Notes: generated from the sequence alone by a model not told the origin. DNA of 64,000 bases from Rhizodiscina lignyota (GCA_010015805.1 ML978128.1:1-64000); one strand, 5' to 3'; numbered from the stretch's first letter, positions 35,373 to 49,253 are shown. Numbers and translations are program-made.

Positions 35373-36512
35373 TTAAGCACCTACCAACCCATCCTGGATA
35401 TACTCCGCAAACCCAGCCTCCACGCTCTTCGAGAATGCCACCCAAAATTCCATCCTCTCGCTCATCGGTGGAGGACAGTGCTCTACGATTGCCCTGATCT
35501 CGACGTTTTTCAATCCTTTGATGGCAAGCAACTCCCCTACCCACTCCATGCCCCTCCACTCGTCCTCTTCTACCGTCGTCACTCCAATACTATATCGTAT
35601 GCCTCTAAAATCCCTCCACTGCAGCTCTGGCGGCGTCCTCGTGCCCTCCTTCCCGTTGGGGCCCAAATGAAACACAAAATCCTCCTTCGAGAATGTCCGC
35701 ACATTATCCCACCCCTGTGGCCCCGGACACCCAGCCACAACGCCCAACTTCAGCGTCCGCAGACTGTAGAGTGTGGCCTCTGGACTCGCAAGATATCGAC
35801 ATGCCCCTGCCCACTCCGCGCGATCGAATTCTCGTTCGTATGGCAGCCCGCGCTTCACCAACCCAATCGTGCGGATACACGCACGAGAGTATGGCGTCAG
35901 GTCGCCGAGGAACGGCTCGATGGCCTCGACATGCGTGCTGAAGTTGAACGTGTGCGCGCCATATAGTAGTGGTGCGGCTTCGGCGTGACATTGGCGGCAT
36001 GTGGCTAGAATGGCGGCGTAGATGCCTGGATTGCGCGCGAGCGCGTAGGTCGTCTGCATCGTACGGGCACGGAAGCGCGAGGTGCGGATCGAGAGGGTTG
36101 TACGGAGTTGTGGGTTGGCATTGGGGCGTAAGGATGGATGAGAGATTGTCGGTGGCTGCGGGTCGAGAACGCGGATTTCGAGAGCTGGCAGAGAGGTGCC
36201 ATTGCGTCTGGAGGCTGTAGAGAAGTCTGACTCTGATTCGGAAGGGTCGTCGAGGCCGGACGCGGTGTAGTAGTCGTGGTGGTCAGTTACAACGAGGCCA
36301 GCGCGGTAAGGAGAGGAGGACGATTGCGCAGGGAGGACTAGATATGAATAGATTTGGAGACGGAGCTCCGCTGGGAGTGAGAGGAGCTTAGATTGAGGTT
36401 GAAACTCGTAAGGAGAAGCCATTACGCGACGAGATTTCCTGCGTGATCGTCTGGGTGGTTGCCGGAACCTCTCAGGAGGAATATTTTCGAGATTCAGCAT
36501 CTTATTATACAT
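35373..36512 (-). CDS. F-box-like (LLSLPAELRLQIY) conserved hypothetical protein
   Basis: LLSLPAELRLQIYSYL; RTSRFRARTMQTTY; ILATCRQCHAEAAPLLYG.HTFNF; EHCPPPMSERMEFWVAFSKSVE. Confidence 0.85.
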   Translation of the reverse strand: MYNKMLNLENIPPERFRQPPRRSRRKSRRVMASPYEFQPQSKLLSLPAELRLQIYSYLVLPAQSSSSPYRAGLVVTDHHDYYTASGLDDPSESESDFSTASRRNGTSLPALEIRVLDPQPPTISHPSLRPNANPQLRTTLSIRTSRFRARTMQTTYALARNPGIYAAILATCRQCHAEAAPLLYGAHTFNFSTHVEAIEPFLGDLTPYSRACIRTIGLVKRGLPYEREFDRAEWAGACRYLASPEATLYSLRTLKLGVVAGCPGPQGWDNVRTFSKEDFVFHLGPNGKEGTRTPPELQWRDFRGIRYSIGVTTVEEDEWRGMEWVGELLAIKGLKNVEIRAIVEHCPPPMSERMEFWVAFSKSVEAGFAEYIQDGLVGA

Positions 36513-37299
36513 TTTGAATGTCGTAAGCCGAGCTAGCCCAGGGCAGTGTCATATGAGTAAACAGACAAAATGAGAGAAAGGTGAGACTGCCACCGCTATA
36601 AAAATGATTGTTGGAAAAGAGAGGTAGGATTGCGGAAATACTGGCGAGAGTCATGTCATGCTTATGGATCCGGAGACTGATGGGCTACCATCAAGGTCGT
36701 CGGCCGACATATTTTAGGGCTCATGTCGGCGCTAACTCTTATCGGACCCTGATATTGCTGAGAGGAGGAAATGCGGTTTGAAACATTGAGAGCAGCTTTC
36801 GGGAACACGCAGATATCTGGAGACGAGGAAGTGTTAGTAATTTGTTACCGAAGACGACGCAAGCGAATCGGGAGACGTTTAAGTTCGGAGATATCACGGG
36901 ATTACAGAAGTTCAAGCGCATTTGCCTCAAAGGGCGATGCCAGTGCCTTTTATGGGCAAATGCGGCAGCACAACATTTCTATTTTATGAACAGCAAAACA
37001 GCCAGGCTTGCTCGAGGTGGATGGAACTCTGCAATGTCTACTGGAATCCAGCTCGTATTTCATTGGCAAGGTCACGAGAGGTCTCTCAAATGGCGGAAAG
37101 ATAGTGAGATGATCGTCGAACGGACGGATCTTCATTGCTCTATGAAGACTTGTCGCAAGACGATTCCAATCAAGTACAGGACAAGGAGCCACACCACTCG
37201 AAACCAACCCATGGTATCATTGTCCTCCATGCCAGACGACGCCGTGACCAATAGGAGACGCCATTCGCTCATGCATATATCCAGTATTCCTGAATGAGT

Positions 37300-38706
37300 C
37301 TATTCTTCAAGCTCCCCCTCCTCGCTGCCATCTGCGGGCTCCTCCTTGACCGCCCCGTTGCCGTTCTCCGCATGCCGAATTGGTATGTTGGAGGAACCAG
37401 CATCTCCTTCCTCCAATTTGGCCCTTTTGGCCGCAGGCTCTCCTCTACCCGCGCTCCATGGCGCAGGTGGAGCTCCATTTGCGGCAGCACTGGCAGCCTG
37501 TGGTCGTCGTGAATGCACCCTTGATTGCCCATTCGACGCTCTATTTTCTTCCTCTTCCTTCTCCACTCTCATCACCTCCTCCCTACGAATCTCGCCCCGC
37601 TCTCCATCAAAGTCATCATCTTCCCTCTCTCTCTTGAGACTCTGCTGGCTCTCGCTCCGCTCCATGCCGAAGCCTCCAGATGTAGCGCTCCTCGCCGGAC
37701 TGACGGCGATCGGACCGTCGCCTCTCAGCCTTGTCTTCGCATTCTCCTCGTCGCCGTCCTCTGGAGTCCGGAGGCCCGTGTAGGCACTCTCACCCATGCC
37801 AGGCTTCAAATGCGACTTGCCGTACCAGCTCGCCATGTAGTTACATGCCCGTCGCATGTCGCGCAGCTTAGCTCGCTGCACCGTCCACCAGGGCTTGCCC
37901 TGCTCATCCGGCAACCCGAAGTCCGCGTGCTTCGCGCCCACATATAGTGCCGCACACGCAATTGTGCGGGAGGGATATAGGAGGCACATCTGAGTGAGGC
38001 TGCTGTCGTTGATGAAGGACCAAGCCGCGTCGCGCAGCTTGTGATTGCGCGACACATTATAGTATTTAACCAGCTCGAAAAGGATTTTGTAGGGTGACTC
38101 GATGGTGAGGTCGAAGCAGAGTACTTCGAGCACCACGTCCTCATTGAGAAGGATGGTGTCGCGCCAACGCCAGTAGTCGCGCGTCTGATCGTCGACAATG
38201 AGGGCAGGGTTCTTCTGCGCGACGCGACAGCATCCGATGATGAGTTCTTTGATTTTGCGAGTGTGCTCTTCGACTTTGGTGGCTAGGAACAACGATATAG
38301 CCGCGACTTGCTATTGTTGGACTGTTGTTAATAACGACAATGTTCTAATGACGGGAAGAGGTAATGGACGCACATAGTGATGTAAGGGCTTGTAATCTTT
38401 CTTCTCCACTAGGCTCCTCCTCATCAAATATCGATTGAAGAAGACTGCAGCAGCGCTCAAAGTAATTTGCGGCAGCCTTAACATGATGCCGACCTGCAGT
38501 ATGAAATTGACGCCCTTGCCGCGAACCCCAATCTCTTCCTCCGGCTTCATTCCGTCAATGATGGAGGGTGACCGGAGGAGCTCATCTTCTGTGAAGAGCC
38601 ACTGTTGCTCTGCTTCTGCGAGGACATCGACGGGGTCTTTGGCGGGTTCGCGCGCAGCAGGCTGAGAGGCCATCGACGCTGGTGTGAGTGACGTGGGTGG
38701 AGGCAT
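37300..38706 (-). CDS. Transcription cyclin (Pch1 / cyclin T-K type); intron 38311-38373
   Basis: QWLFTEDELLRSPSI.DG, RGKGVNFILQVGIMLRLPQ.T..AA.VFFNRY, LFLATKVEE, WRDTILLNEDVVLEVLCFDL. Confidence 0.9.
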
Positions 38707-39105
38707 TGGAGTTTGTAAAGGTGGTGAGAGAATTTATGGTGAGGAAAGAGAAGACGTGAGAGCAGCCCACAAGGAGCGTTTTCTCAACATGGATGCGGCT
38801 GCGCCTGGGTAACACCGATCGTGAGCTTTTTGGGGGAGGATGCAAGATCGATGTCAGTCACCCAACGGTGAAGTGACTTTGGGAACATGCGGACAATACG
38901 AAGTACAGTGGGCCGACCGTACATGTACAAAGAGCGGGGCACTTTAGCAGAGAAAGTGCCCTTTCCACGCAATCTGCACGTGATCAAGGGTATCTGGGAG
39001 CTTATTGGTTGAATTGGAAGTATGTTCCAATGTATTGAATGCTGTGTTAAGGGGTATCTAAAGTCCAAATACAATCGTCTGTAAGCATCATGAGCAAGCA
39101 ACAGA

Positions 39106-41212
39106 TCAGAATAGCTGCTTGACTTCCAAACTTTTGCCTCGTCTCCGCGGTCTATGGTTCCACACTCTCTTCCCTTCCGCTTCTCGTTCATTTACAGGGC
39201 CAGTACACATATTCTCTCGTCCGTCTTCGCCCTTCTTGTATATCAAGTCAGCTAAGCCGATGATCGCCTCGTTGCTATTCTCTACATCTGGCTCGAGCGA
39301 GTACTCAATCTTCGAGCTCAGATTGCCCATGAAGGCGCGCATCGTGTACACATTCTGAATCATGCCCTCCTCTTCGATGATGATTTTCAATGATGGCTTC
39401 TTGCGAGCTTCTTCAAGTCGCATTTGCGCGGCGCGGCGCGCTTCTGGTAAATTGCGCGTGTAATGAGTGTCGGAAACGGCTGACGCGTTCAAAAGGTTAA
39501 CTAGGTGCGTGTCACTATCGTGCACCATTTGCGCGACTGGTCGGCACAGGTCCTGAAGGGTCCCGGAGTAGTCCGTTGGTGCGCGGATCTGGCGAAGCGC
39601 TGGGAAAGCATCAGAGTCGATGCAGGATGCCAGGTCATTTATTGCTTCACCAGGTACAAGCGTGTCCCAGTGGAGTTCTTGAAGTGATTCGGAGGCCAGG
39701 AATGGATGTGGTAAGATAGCCCCAGGTGGTAAGCTGGGAGAAGAGTCTTGAGACAAAGTAAATTTGCGCAAACGAATGAGGCTGTTAAACATTTTTGCGA
39801 GGACGGTAAGGGAAGTGATTTCGAGGTCAATGAGTGAGAGTCCGCGGAGAGATGCGGCCGCTTCAGTACCAAAGAACTTTGTAAGCCCCTTGTCGCTGAC
39901 GCCAGGGAGGCTCTGTAGCCGAAGTGAGTGCAATTCGGGAATTGCCTGTAACGTCCGGTCGTTAAACTCTTCTGCGGGAAACGTCGCGATACAAAGTCGC
40001 TTCAGGCATTGCAGCTTTCTGAACGTTCCGACGAACGCTCGGTAGTCCATTCCAGTACTGCCGTCGTGGCCAAAAAGTACAAGAGTTTCCAATGAAGCCC
40101 AATTCACGTGTCGATTAAGAAAGCTCTTTGCATAATCCGGCCTCGCATAATCATCCTCATCGTCGAGTCGCAAACTGCGTCTTGTGATAGTTCGGTCGTC
40201 TCTGATGATCCAGAGGCGCTCTTTTAATCGCGTGCGAGTTGACAGCGCCTGGGTCAGGCTATCCATATCGTGGTTGTAGACAGTGTAGAATCCAATCAGT
40301 TTTTCCAAATTCGTGCATGCCATCACAATTGCCGAAAGGTACTCCACGATGTCATTGCGCTCCTCAACGTTGGCGAATTCATACACTTGCAGCCAATCCG
40401 AGACTTGAAGCTCCTTGACTATTCGCGCTATTGCTGGATTTTGTTTGAGTGTTCTGAGTAGCAATCTTAATTTTTCAGCGGTACCATATCTCGCCCTCTT
40501 CGTTGAGTGATGGCCGGTATCTGCAGTCACCCACAATTTCTGATACCTGCTCTGTTTTAGTAAGACTTGCAGCGGGATTGTAATGAGATATGTCATACAT
40601 TCGATTTTTGACTGGCTTGGCCCAAGATTTGCTTGTAACAGCTAGATTGCAAAGATCCTTGATGTAGCACGTGCCGCAATTTGTATTTGACGAGTCGCCG
40701 AAGTGCGCAGTCTCGAGTTGCTGCAAAATGCATTCGTAAACGCCCTGCGGCATTCGCTCGAAGAATCGCGCTGACAGAGGCCGTTTCGGTCGCATTTGTC
40801 GGGCGCCAGAATTTCTTCTCGAGCGCTCAGCTTCCCAAGGCGTTTTAATCAAGGTAGGCACGTCCTCGAATGTGGAACCGTAAGAAGAGATGCTCGCGAC
40901 GGATGGTCTACGCGAAAAGATCGAGTCGACTGAGAATTTGGAGAAGGTCGTTTGGATGGACGATAGCGAAGATAGTGAAGGGCGGCCGCTTATGTCTACT
41001 GCCCCAGCGGTCCATGGTCGTGGAACATCGAGCCTATCATAATACATTAGCTGTTTATGAAACTCGAGTATTGGTGAAGCCGCGAAGCTATAAAAGTTTA
41101 TAACGAACCTGTTGCCCGACGCGCCCATGGAAGCAAAATCGCGCTCAGATACTTCCAGGCGCAACGACACTGCTTTTGAGGGACTGGAGGGACGGTTCGA
41201 AGACGAGGACAT
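39106..41212 (-). CDS. F-box / RNI-like leucine-rich repeat protein; 2 introns
   Basis: FFERMPQGVYECILQQL...CGTCYIKDLCNLAVTSKSW F-box-like unit; LRR-like L..L.L repeats (LHSLRLQSLPGVSDKGL); GTATGA..CTAAA..CAG intron near 40548-40599. Confidence 0.82.
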
Positions 41213-44200
41213 CCTGTCCCACGCGCCTGTGCGCGTAAAGTGCAATTAATAGCTGTGTTAGAACCAGTCTGACGGGTGTAAGGCGCGATTGACAGCCTAA
41301 AAGCCGCGAATCTCAGGTAGAGCAGTCCTTCAATATCAAAGAGGAGGGGAGACAGAAGGTCGTAGAAAGGTTCAGTACGTCGCAGCGGCTCGAGCGAGCA
41401 TATGTCATGCATCCATCAGCTTTGGCTCGCGGTGGGACCGAGCAGTTTAGCTACCAGCCGGGCGTGAGCGACCACCACAACTACAGCGCGCGAAAAGCCA
41501 AAAGGGCAAGCTAAGCTCAAGTGGATTCACGGCTTACAGCTAGCTCAAAGCAGGGACCAGAGTCGACAATCGCTTAATTAGATCCGCGGGCTGGCTGACC
41601 AGGGAGATAGTCGATCGTAGCGCCCTAGCGAAATCGCAGGCCTGATGCCCCATGGCGCAGAAAAGCATTCCCACACGTCCAATAGCGCTGTCTGCTGCCC
41701 GCAAAACCAGCGAAGTCTGGGGCGCGAGGCGCGAGCAGTTGAACGCGCCACTCAAGCACGGGAAATGGCTCGGCGCGCCACAAGGATGAAGAAAGCGGGG
41801 ACCATTTCAGTTTCGACGGTTGTTTCCTCGCTGAGCCCGAGGTCGCGCTGCTGATGCGTTGGCGAAGGCTGTTCTGACGATGATGAAAGACGGCGCGCCG
41901 CTCTCTCCGCACTCGACGTGCAGCATCATGCGTCTGCATTGGGACAACCGCGCCGAGTATTACGGCGAGCGAGATGCTGATACGACGAAAACCGCTACGA
42001 AATAGGCAAGACGGGATGGTCAGCTCGTCATCAACATCTCGGCGGCGATACCGATGGCTTGCAACTACCTGGAGGAACGTCAAGCGAGCAGCAGTTCGTT
42101 TCCCTTGCGACCGCTTGCGCTGCGGCAGCGCAGTCCAAGCAGGTGGATAGGCCGCAGCTTGGAAAAAGAAAGGCCTGCCAAAGTCGCGGGTCGATTGGGA
42201 AATCGATGGAAATCCTTCCCAAATTCACTCAGATGGGCGTGATCGTTGCTGCCGGTAGCCCGGCCAGACTGCAGGGCATGACCTTGAGAGGGACCGAAAT
42301 TGAACGAAAAGAGACGATGTGGAGATGAGCTAAATGATGCTGGCTCCCCGGGCGAGCAGGGAGCGCGCCTGCCCTACCATTCGCTTGTCTGCACTTTGAC
42401 AGCTGCAGAACGCAAGCCGTCTGGCGGGATAAATTCTGGCTCATTTTGTGGAATACGAAGAAGATCCCGACCTGCGTCGCACGACAGCACTCGACACAAA
42501 GAATCCGGACCAAACGGGTGCCCTGAAACCGGGCCGGCGTTCATGTCAGAACTGTACCTGACAGCTGCTGGCGCTTGTCTGGTGCGCGCCAGCCCAGTGT
42601 GATTGGGCAAAGGCGGAGAAGTGTGGGGGGACAGGCGATCGGTCGTGATCGATGGTCAGTAGATCCAATCCAACCTCGCGGCAGGACGAAAAAGCATGCG
42701 AAGGAGCGCGACGAAGATGTGATGTGCACTCGCGTTCTTCAGCCCTCAGGCAGGGCGACACAAGACTCGATTCTGGGGTGCACGTAAGTGCCTCCAGGGA
42801 GATTCCAAATGAAGAAGAGGAAAACACGTCATCCGGACATCCCTAACAGGCAGTTAGATACTAGATAGGCGGTGAAAAGGGTTTATACCGTATCATGTTG
42901 TTTTCCCAGCAGTGCCAGCATGCAAATTGTATCTTTACCAAAATAACCTTATGCCAGAGCCTCGGTCTCCTGTCCCCTGATTTCTGTCATGGATGCTGCG
43001 GCTCCTCCCTCATCTGCGAACCCTATTGGCAAGGTCCATCGCCGTGTCAATGCGTTCCGCTGGCCTGGACGCGGCAATTTGCGAGGCATTGAACAACGCC
43101 ATAAATCTTCGTGGCTGTCTGTCTGGCTGAGGTTGGGCTGGCATCACGAACAGTCTATTGATCTGTGAGCAGCATGACTGGTCTTGCCTCGGAGAATTGC
43201 GCAATGCTTTTTGTCTTGTCTTGGCTCGGCGTGTGAACGGTTTTGAAGGGCAGGGTTCACACGACTCTCTATATTAAACACTATTGAGTGGCTCCATCGT
43301 CCAATACAGGACGACCATTTTCTGTCATCCTCGTGATGCCCCAAACGTTTCACAGCCTTGGAGTTCTGCAGAACAAACATGGGTTGTTTTCGTTTCACAA
43401 CAACTTAGCAGAAACGCCGACGTCCGGCTGATTGAGATTTATCCGTAAGCCTGTAAGGCTGTAGCATGTTTATCGACAATGTGACCAGAGCAATGCTCGT
43501 TCTCGAGACTTTGCACCTGACTGTGCTGGCGACCTCGGGGAGCTTGCCCATTAGGCCTGGTGACTGTATGTTGAACCCTCTCTTTCCTTATTCCCGCGTC
43601 GCATACGTGTTTGAGGCTTGACTACAATTTCCGTATGCATTTTGCATTTACTCCATGAGAAACGCCCAGTGGCTTGATGAGCTAAGTGCGGAGGATGTGC
43701 TCCGTATAACGACATCTCAAACCACCAACTACGTAAGACAGATAGCGCGAGGGCAGAATAAGGTACACGTTTATCCGTCCATGTTCCTTTGACCGTGCAG
43801 TGCAGTAGCTCAGACGGTCCAAAGGGATTAATGCAAGCTATCCACAAGCTCAAAGTCTAAATGGCACGAGTGTCTAAGGAACCAAGGTAAGCTAAGAAAC
43901 AACCTCTTTGTGCAAGTACGGAACTCTCCAGTCCAATACTTTCTTTTGTATTTTCTCGGTGCTTCACTATTGCCGTTATATACCAGAGACAGCCATGATG
44001 GCTTGGCTTTATACTCCAACGACTAATCTTACGACCGACCCCGCATTGGCATGGCTACCGATCCTGCATGAAGCGCAGAGACGTCTCGCTAAATATTCAG
44101 CTCTTCCTCGGGTTTGGCTTGCCTATGGCGCCTGTAGAACGCATCTCTCAATTTCCATAAAGCCCCGAATCCTGCGGTAACTGTCGTAGTACCCCACGTG

Positions 44201-44521
44201 CGCCCCGTGCCGTCCAAAACGGTCGAGAGGCTTGCAGAAGGATGGACGACAGCTGTCCGAAGCCAACCATTCGGCTCTTGAGAACGGCTTCAGGACACGC
44301 AATCGTAGTTCGGGATCTTCAAGCCTACGGAATTTCTTCGAACGAGTCTGATCCTAAAAATACGAAAGATCGATGGTGTCGGCGACGTTCCCGGTTCGCA
44401 AGAGTCTGGTGCATTGGTGATGCTTGAGTTGCCATCGCGACTATTGGGGCCGAATGTATTGTCCGAGAAATACCTTGGTGTGCAGATAAATTGCGGTGCT
44501 GTTGAACGCTGCTTTGTATGC

Positions 44522-45811
44522 TCAGCTCACTGCTGATGACATGTTCAAGGCTCTACGAAGAGCTGCAAATCGCTTGGTAAACCAAGGTTCATCTAGCTGG
44601 CGCAAGTCGGCAGAACTGGAAGCAGGTGAGTCGCTTGTAGGCAGGGGAGAGGTATTCTCCGTATTTTCCAAATCGACGGATTGGGGGTAATTTGCACGGA
44701 GAATATCCAAGACGCTTGTCGTCTCTTGATATCTTTCCTCGTCAAGGAGCAGTTCTGCGGTTCGGAGGCAAAGAGACACATCCAGCTGTTCCCAAGATCT
44801 GTGTGCGAGCAGGTGGTCCAACTGTTCGGTTTTGGGGAGTCGCCTTTTGATATACTCCAGAGCAAATTCAACAGTAGGTCGAACTGGATGATATACATCT
44901 GCCAGCGCCTTAAGACTCGAATATGTTGTTGGCACTATTTCGAGGGATGCTTGAAATTCATCGTAGTGCGTTAGGTTCTCGAGCTCCTGCTTTGTGGACT
45001 GTGCAATCCGCCTGACAATACGCATCACTGGTTTCGTCAAGACCATTGGTGCCAGCTCTCTGTTACTTGCGAATGCGTGGTAAGATTGTAAATGTCGAGC
45101 GATGGCATAGTCCAGGCCGTAACTCGCAGAGTTTTGCTCCACTGCAGCACTCAACACGGTGCGCTGCCATCTCAATGCAAGGCTATGAGGAAGACCCGCT
45201 CGTAGAATGAGTTCTGTCATCTCGGGTCGTGACCATTTGAGCACAGGCTCGTGGTTTCCTTCTCTGCACAGTGCTCTTACGAGCATGCTTGCAAGGTTTC
45301 GATTGCCGATAAAATCTTCTTTGACTAAATAACCATTTGATGATAGCCATTCTAGAACGCGAGTACCAGCATTGAACGTCTTCCAAGTCGAGTCATTTGT
45401 TCTGTTGCTAATGGTGAGAACCGAGAGCGCAGCAGCCAGATTCATTCGCCCATTTGCAACCTGCACATCGAACCACTGCGCAGGACTCTCGCGAAGGGTG
45501 ATAGCCTTGGAGCTACTGAGCTTAGGCTTCCCTGTAATAGTATCACTCAGTAGAGGGTTGGAAAGTAGCATGTTCAAATGCTTCGCTGTAGTGACATGAG
45601 CGGAGGGCCGACTAGGAGCATGGCTGGCGGCCGAGGATTCCACGGAGTGGCTTCGATCATTTTGTACACTCGATGTTATTGGATGTTCGCGGTCGAGGTG
45701 GGTACGGAACGAGGTTGTAAGAGTATCGAGAAGCTGATTCGACTCGCGGCGATTGAGCGGACGTTGCTGATGAAACCAGTTCTTGATGGCATTTGCAGAG
45801 CTAGGCCGCAT
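44522..45811 (-). CDS. Conserved fungal hypothetical protein
   Basis: Long ORF with N-terminal HQQRPLNRRESNQLLDTLTTSFRTHLDREHP and HLNMLLSNPLL blocks; helical composition. Confidence 0.8.
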   Translation of the reverse strand: MRPSSANAIKNWFHQQRPLNRRESNQLLDTLTTSFRTHLDREHPITSSVQNDRSHSVESSAASHAPSRPSAHVTTAKHLNMLLSNPLLSDTITGKPKLSSSKAITLRESPAQWFDVQVANGRMNLAAALSVLTISNRTNDSTWKTFNAGTRVLEWLSSNGYLVKEDFIGNRNLASMLVRALCREGNHEPVLKWSRPEMTELILRAGLPHSLALRWQRTVLSAAVEQNSASYGLDYAIARHLQSYHAFASNRELAPMVLTKPVMRIVRRIAQSTKQELENLTHYDEFQASLEIVPTTYSSLKALADVYHPVRPTVEFALEYIKRRLPKTEQLDHLLAHRSWEQLDVSLCLRTAELLLDEERYQETTSVLDILRANYPQSVDLENTENTSPLPTSDSPASSSADLRQLDEPWFTKRFAALRRALNMSSAVS

Positions 45812-46312
45812 ATTTGAGGCACTCTCCGACCCCGAACCTCTGTTCTCAAGGCATTGGTGAGGGTACCGATAGCGCTCAGGGAATGTCGTCGAAACAGACC
45901 ACACTACAGCACGGCGTTTGCGCTGGATAGATCAATGTCAACGAGTGAAGACGTTTGCGGCGCAGGCGCCAACCACAGCGAAACGGAGCTAGCCTCCTCG
46001 CCAAGCCTTCCACGTGACTCTTTCGCGCTTTCTCCAGACTTCACGCTTGCGAGCTGCTCTGCACACAACAAAACCTCGATGATTTGCCCTTCACACCCAG
46101 ATCTGCCTCCAACTCCGTTCTGACCCCTTCTTCGACCCTGCTGCTGGTTCTGAATACCACAGCACCGTCGTTGCCGACTTTTTCGCCTTTCCAATACCTC
46201 CTCCTTCAGCGTCACTCGACGTGACGGCCGCCGGCGACTTCGAACCTTCACCACTCACAACCACACTTCTTTTCGAAACGTGATCGCTTTACTCTCCAGC
46301 ATACGCTTAAAC

Positions 46313-49253
46313 ATGTCTGAAGTACAGAGCAGGCCTGCCCCTCGCGGCAGGAGCTCGGCCCGCGGTGGCAGAGGTGGACCACGAGGCGGAGCACGCGGTG
46401 CGAGCAGACATGTTAATGGAGATCACAAAGCTACTGCAGACATTGACACATCTGCCGACCAAGGCGAGATTGGTGAAATGAAGAAGCACTATCTCTCTGA
46501 GGTGGCCGTGCTCAAGGAAATGTTCCCCGATTGGACCGACGTCGACCTGGTGTTTGCGCTGGAGGAAACAAATGGGGATCTGCCCAGCACAATTGAACGC
46601 ATCACAGAAGGCACGTGCCCACTTCCAAATCACTCTTGCAAGTGTAAAATTATCTCGCAACCAAACTAATTCGCAGTTCTTTTCACAGGCAACGTCTCTC
46701 AATTCGCCGAAGTCTCAAAGAAGAGCAAGGATCGCGCTCGCTCGAAAGTCAAGGACTCATCAGCCGGGGCTACCGACGCTTCTATGTCTACTTCTAGGCC
46801 TCCCCGCGGACGAGGTGGCATCGAGGGTGCTCGTGGTGGCCGTGGCCGTGGTGACCGTGCTCGTGGAGGATTTCGTGGCGGCGCTCGCGGCGCTACTCAA
46901 GGCGCTGCAAACGGAGTCCGTCCAGCTGCAGCCAAGTCTGTTCCGACGGCTGAGTCCTCTGCGTGGGATGCAATCCCATCTGCGAACAAGGAAAACGAGA
47001 CTGTGGATAATAGCTCTACGGAAAGTGCTCCTGGTGGCCAGTGGGGTAGCGTGGTCGCTTCTGAGGCCACTCCAAACACTGCATCTGAAGGTGCCAAGAG
47101 TGCCTTGATTCCTGACGGAGGCCCCAAGAAGACGTGGGCTAGCATGTTCGCAAAGCCCAAGCCGGCGCCAGCCCCTGTTCCGAAACCTGAGGTCAAACCA
47201 CCACCGATTGAGGAACCTGATCCGACTGTTCCAGAGCTGGTGGAGCCGAGCCCACCAGTAGAGCCAGAAATCGAGGAGACAACTGATGCTGCTCTCTTGG
47301 AACCGCCAGCTGAGGATGAGACTCCGGCACTTACGCCTTCGAAGGATGAGTTGACAGAAGACAATGTGGAGCATGTACCGGACTACTCTAACAAGCCTCC
47401 TTCGACGGAGACTGCGGTTAGTCAAGTTGGAAGCTCGAGGGATATTGGTAGCGCTACCGCATCAATTGCTCACCAACCGATTGCTAGGCCAGTTCTGGGA
47501 GGGTTCGCGACGACAGCTCTCAAGGCGACGACGCCTACTGGACGCAGCGCAAGCTTCCAACGAAAGGTCATGGAACAGCAAGAAGCCGTTGTCATGCCTG
47601 GTAGCAGCCATGCTGTAGACCGCGCAACCGTGCAGTTCGGTATGATGGGCTTGAACGGCGACGCACTTGACGTGGACGAAGATCGAGAGGAAGCTGAAAC
47701 CCGCCAGCCTCCACAACAGTCGCCACCTTCGCAGCCGAGAGCATCTCTTCCCCCAGCACCCCGACAGCCTCCACCGGCAGAGTCTGCTCCAGAGGCTCTT
47801 CCAACTCCGAAGCAAAGCCAAGGACTTCCTCCTGCTCCACAACAGCCCTTGTCGCAACAACAGCAGCAGTCTCCAAACCCGATTGGAGCTCAACTTGGTG
47901 GTCAACACGCGTACAATCAGTTTGGACGCTATGGCCAACAAGAGACTGCCGCCCCACCCCAGAAGCCATACGATCCGTTTGGCCAGCAGGCATCGCAGAG
48001 TCCACTCGATGCCTACAATCCTTCTACCCAAGCTCAGCAAGCCGGCCAATCACAACTCGGTGGACAATCTACTGCTCCTAACGACTACAGCTCCTATCAG
48101 ACTTCTGACTACCAGCGTAATGCGTACCAGAATTACTACGGCAACTTCGGCCAACAGCACGGAGCGGCCCAGCAAGACGCTGGAACTGCTCCGCAGAGGA
48201 GTGGCAGCGGGTTCGGCTCTGCCCCAGGTGATTCTGGCTATGGATCACAAGCTCAACCAGTAAGTTCTCACAGTTCTCAATTTCTCTAATGCATCTCTAC
48301 ACTTATGCACTTGCAAGGGTCTTTGGTACCAACTACTTGTACAGAGCGTTTCGGGAGGCCGTTATGGCGAAACCCAAGGCAGTGGCCAAACCACTCCAAA
48401 TCCTGCCCTCGGCGGTGCTGGGCAGCACCAATCTCAGCCGGGCCAGCACCTACCTCAGCAACATCATCAACAAGGCCAGCATGCCGGCGGCGCTGGATTC
48501 CCATACGCTGGCCACCCATACTATAACTCCCCGTACTATCAAGCGTACATGAATCAGTATAACTACAGCGGCCAAGGCTTCAGCGGTCCTTACGGAGGCA
48601 GCAAGGGCGGCATGTATGGCCAACCGCACCATGGTTACGGCATCTCGCCGCAACAATCGAGTTACGATCAGCACTCTTCGTCTCCCGCGAATGCTACTGG
48701 ATTTGGTCAGTCGAGTCTTCACGGTGGCGAGCCGAATTTGCGTGCAGCAAGTGGATCATTGGGTGACTATGGTCGATCTGGAAGCACTCAACCCAGCCAG
48801 GGTGCACAAACCGGTGGCAGCGGATTCAGCGGCATGGCTGATGTCTTTGGCCGCCAGAGTGGATTCCCTGGCAGCAACCAGTCCTATGGTCAACAACAGG
48901 GCAACCAGCAATCTACTACGGAGGATTCGTTGAAGCCATTCGGCGATTCAAAATCGAATGCAGGACCAAGTCCAACCTCGCTTGGTCAGCCAGGTCGTCC
49001 CGGATCGGCGACTAACAACACGACGAGTCAAGGCCAGACTGGCCTTCCACCTCCGCAGAGTCATCAGCAAGGTTTCGGAGGCTATCCAAGCCACTTGGCT
49101 CAGGGCTCCCAGTACGGTGGTCTTGGCGGACTCGGACACCAAGGCGGACAGAATCATCAGCAGGGTGGATTCGGAGGATATGGCGGTGGCTACGGTGGCA
49201 CCTACGGCTCTTACGGCCGTGGCGGTTGGGGCACGAATTATGGCAACCACTAA
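46313..49253 (+). CDS. DEF1: RNA polymerase II degradation factor Def1-like (CUE domain, RGG boxes, Q/G/Y-rich tail); introns 46611-46688 (GC-AG) and 48260-48344
   Basis: CUE: LKEMFPDWTDVDLVFALEETNGDL...IERITEG; KKTWASMF; EQQEAVVMPG..HAVDRATVQFG; Q/G-rich low-complexity C-terminus. Confidence 0.88.

Noticed and set aside
41213..44521. 3.3-kb gene-free stretch considered as a telomerase RNA or lncRNA locus
   Set aside because: No TAACCCTAA template found by eye on either strand and no recognisable ncRNA motif; short ORFs look random; probably regulatory DNA of the F-box/LRR gene
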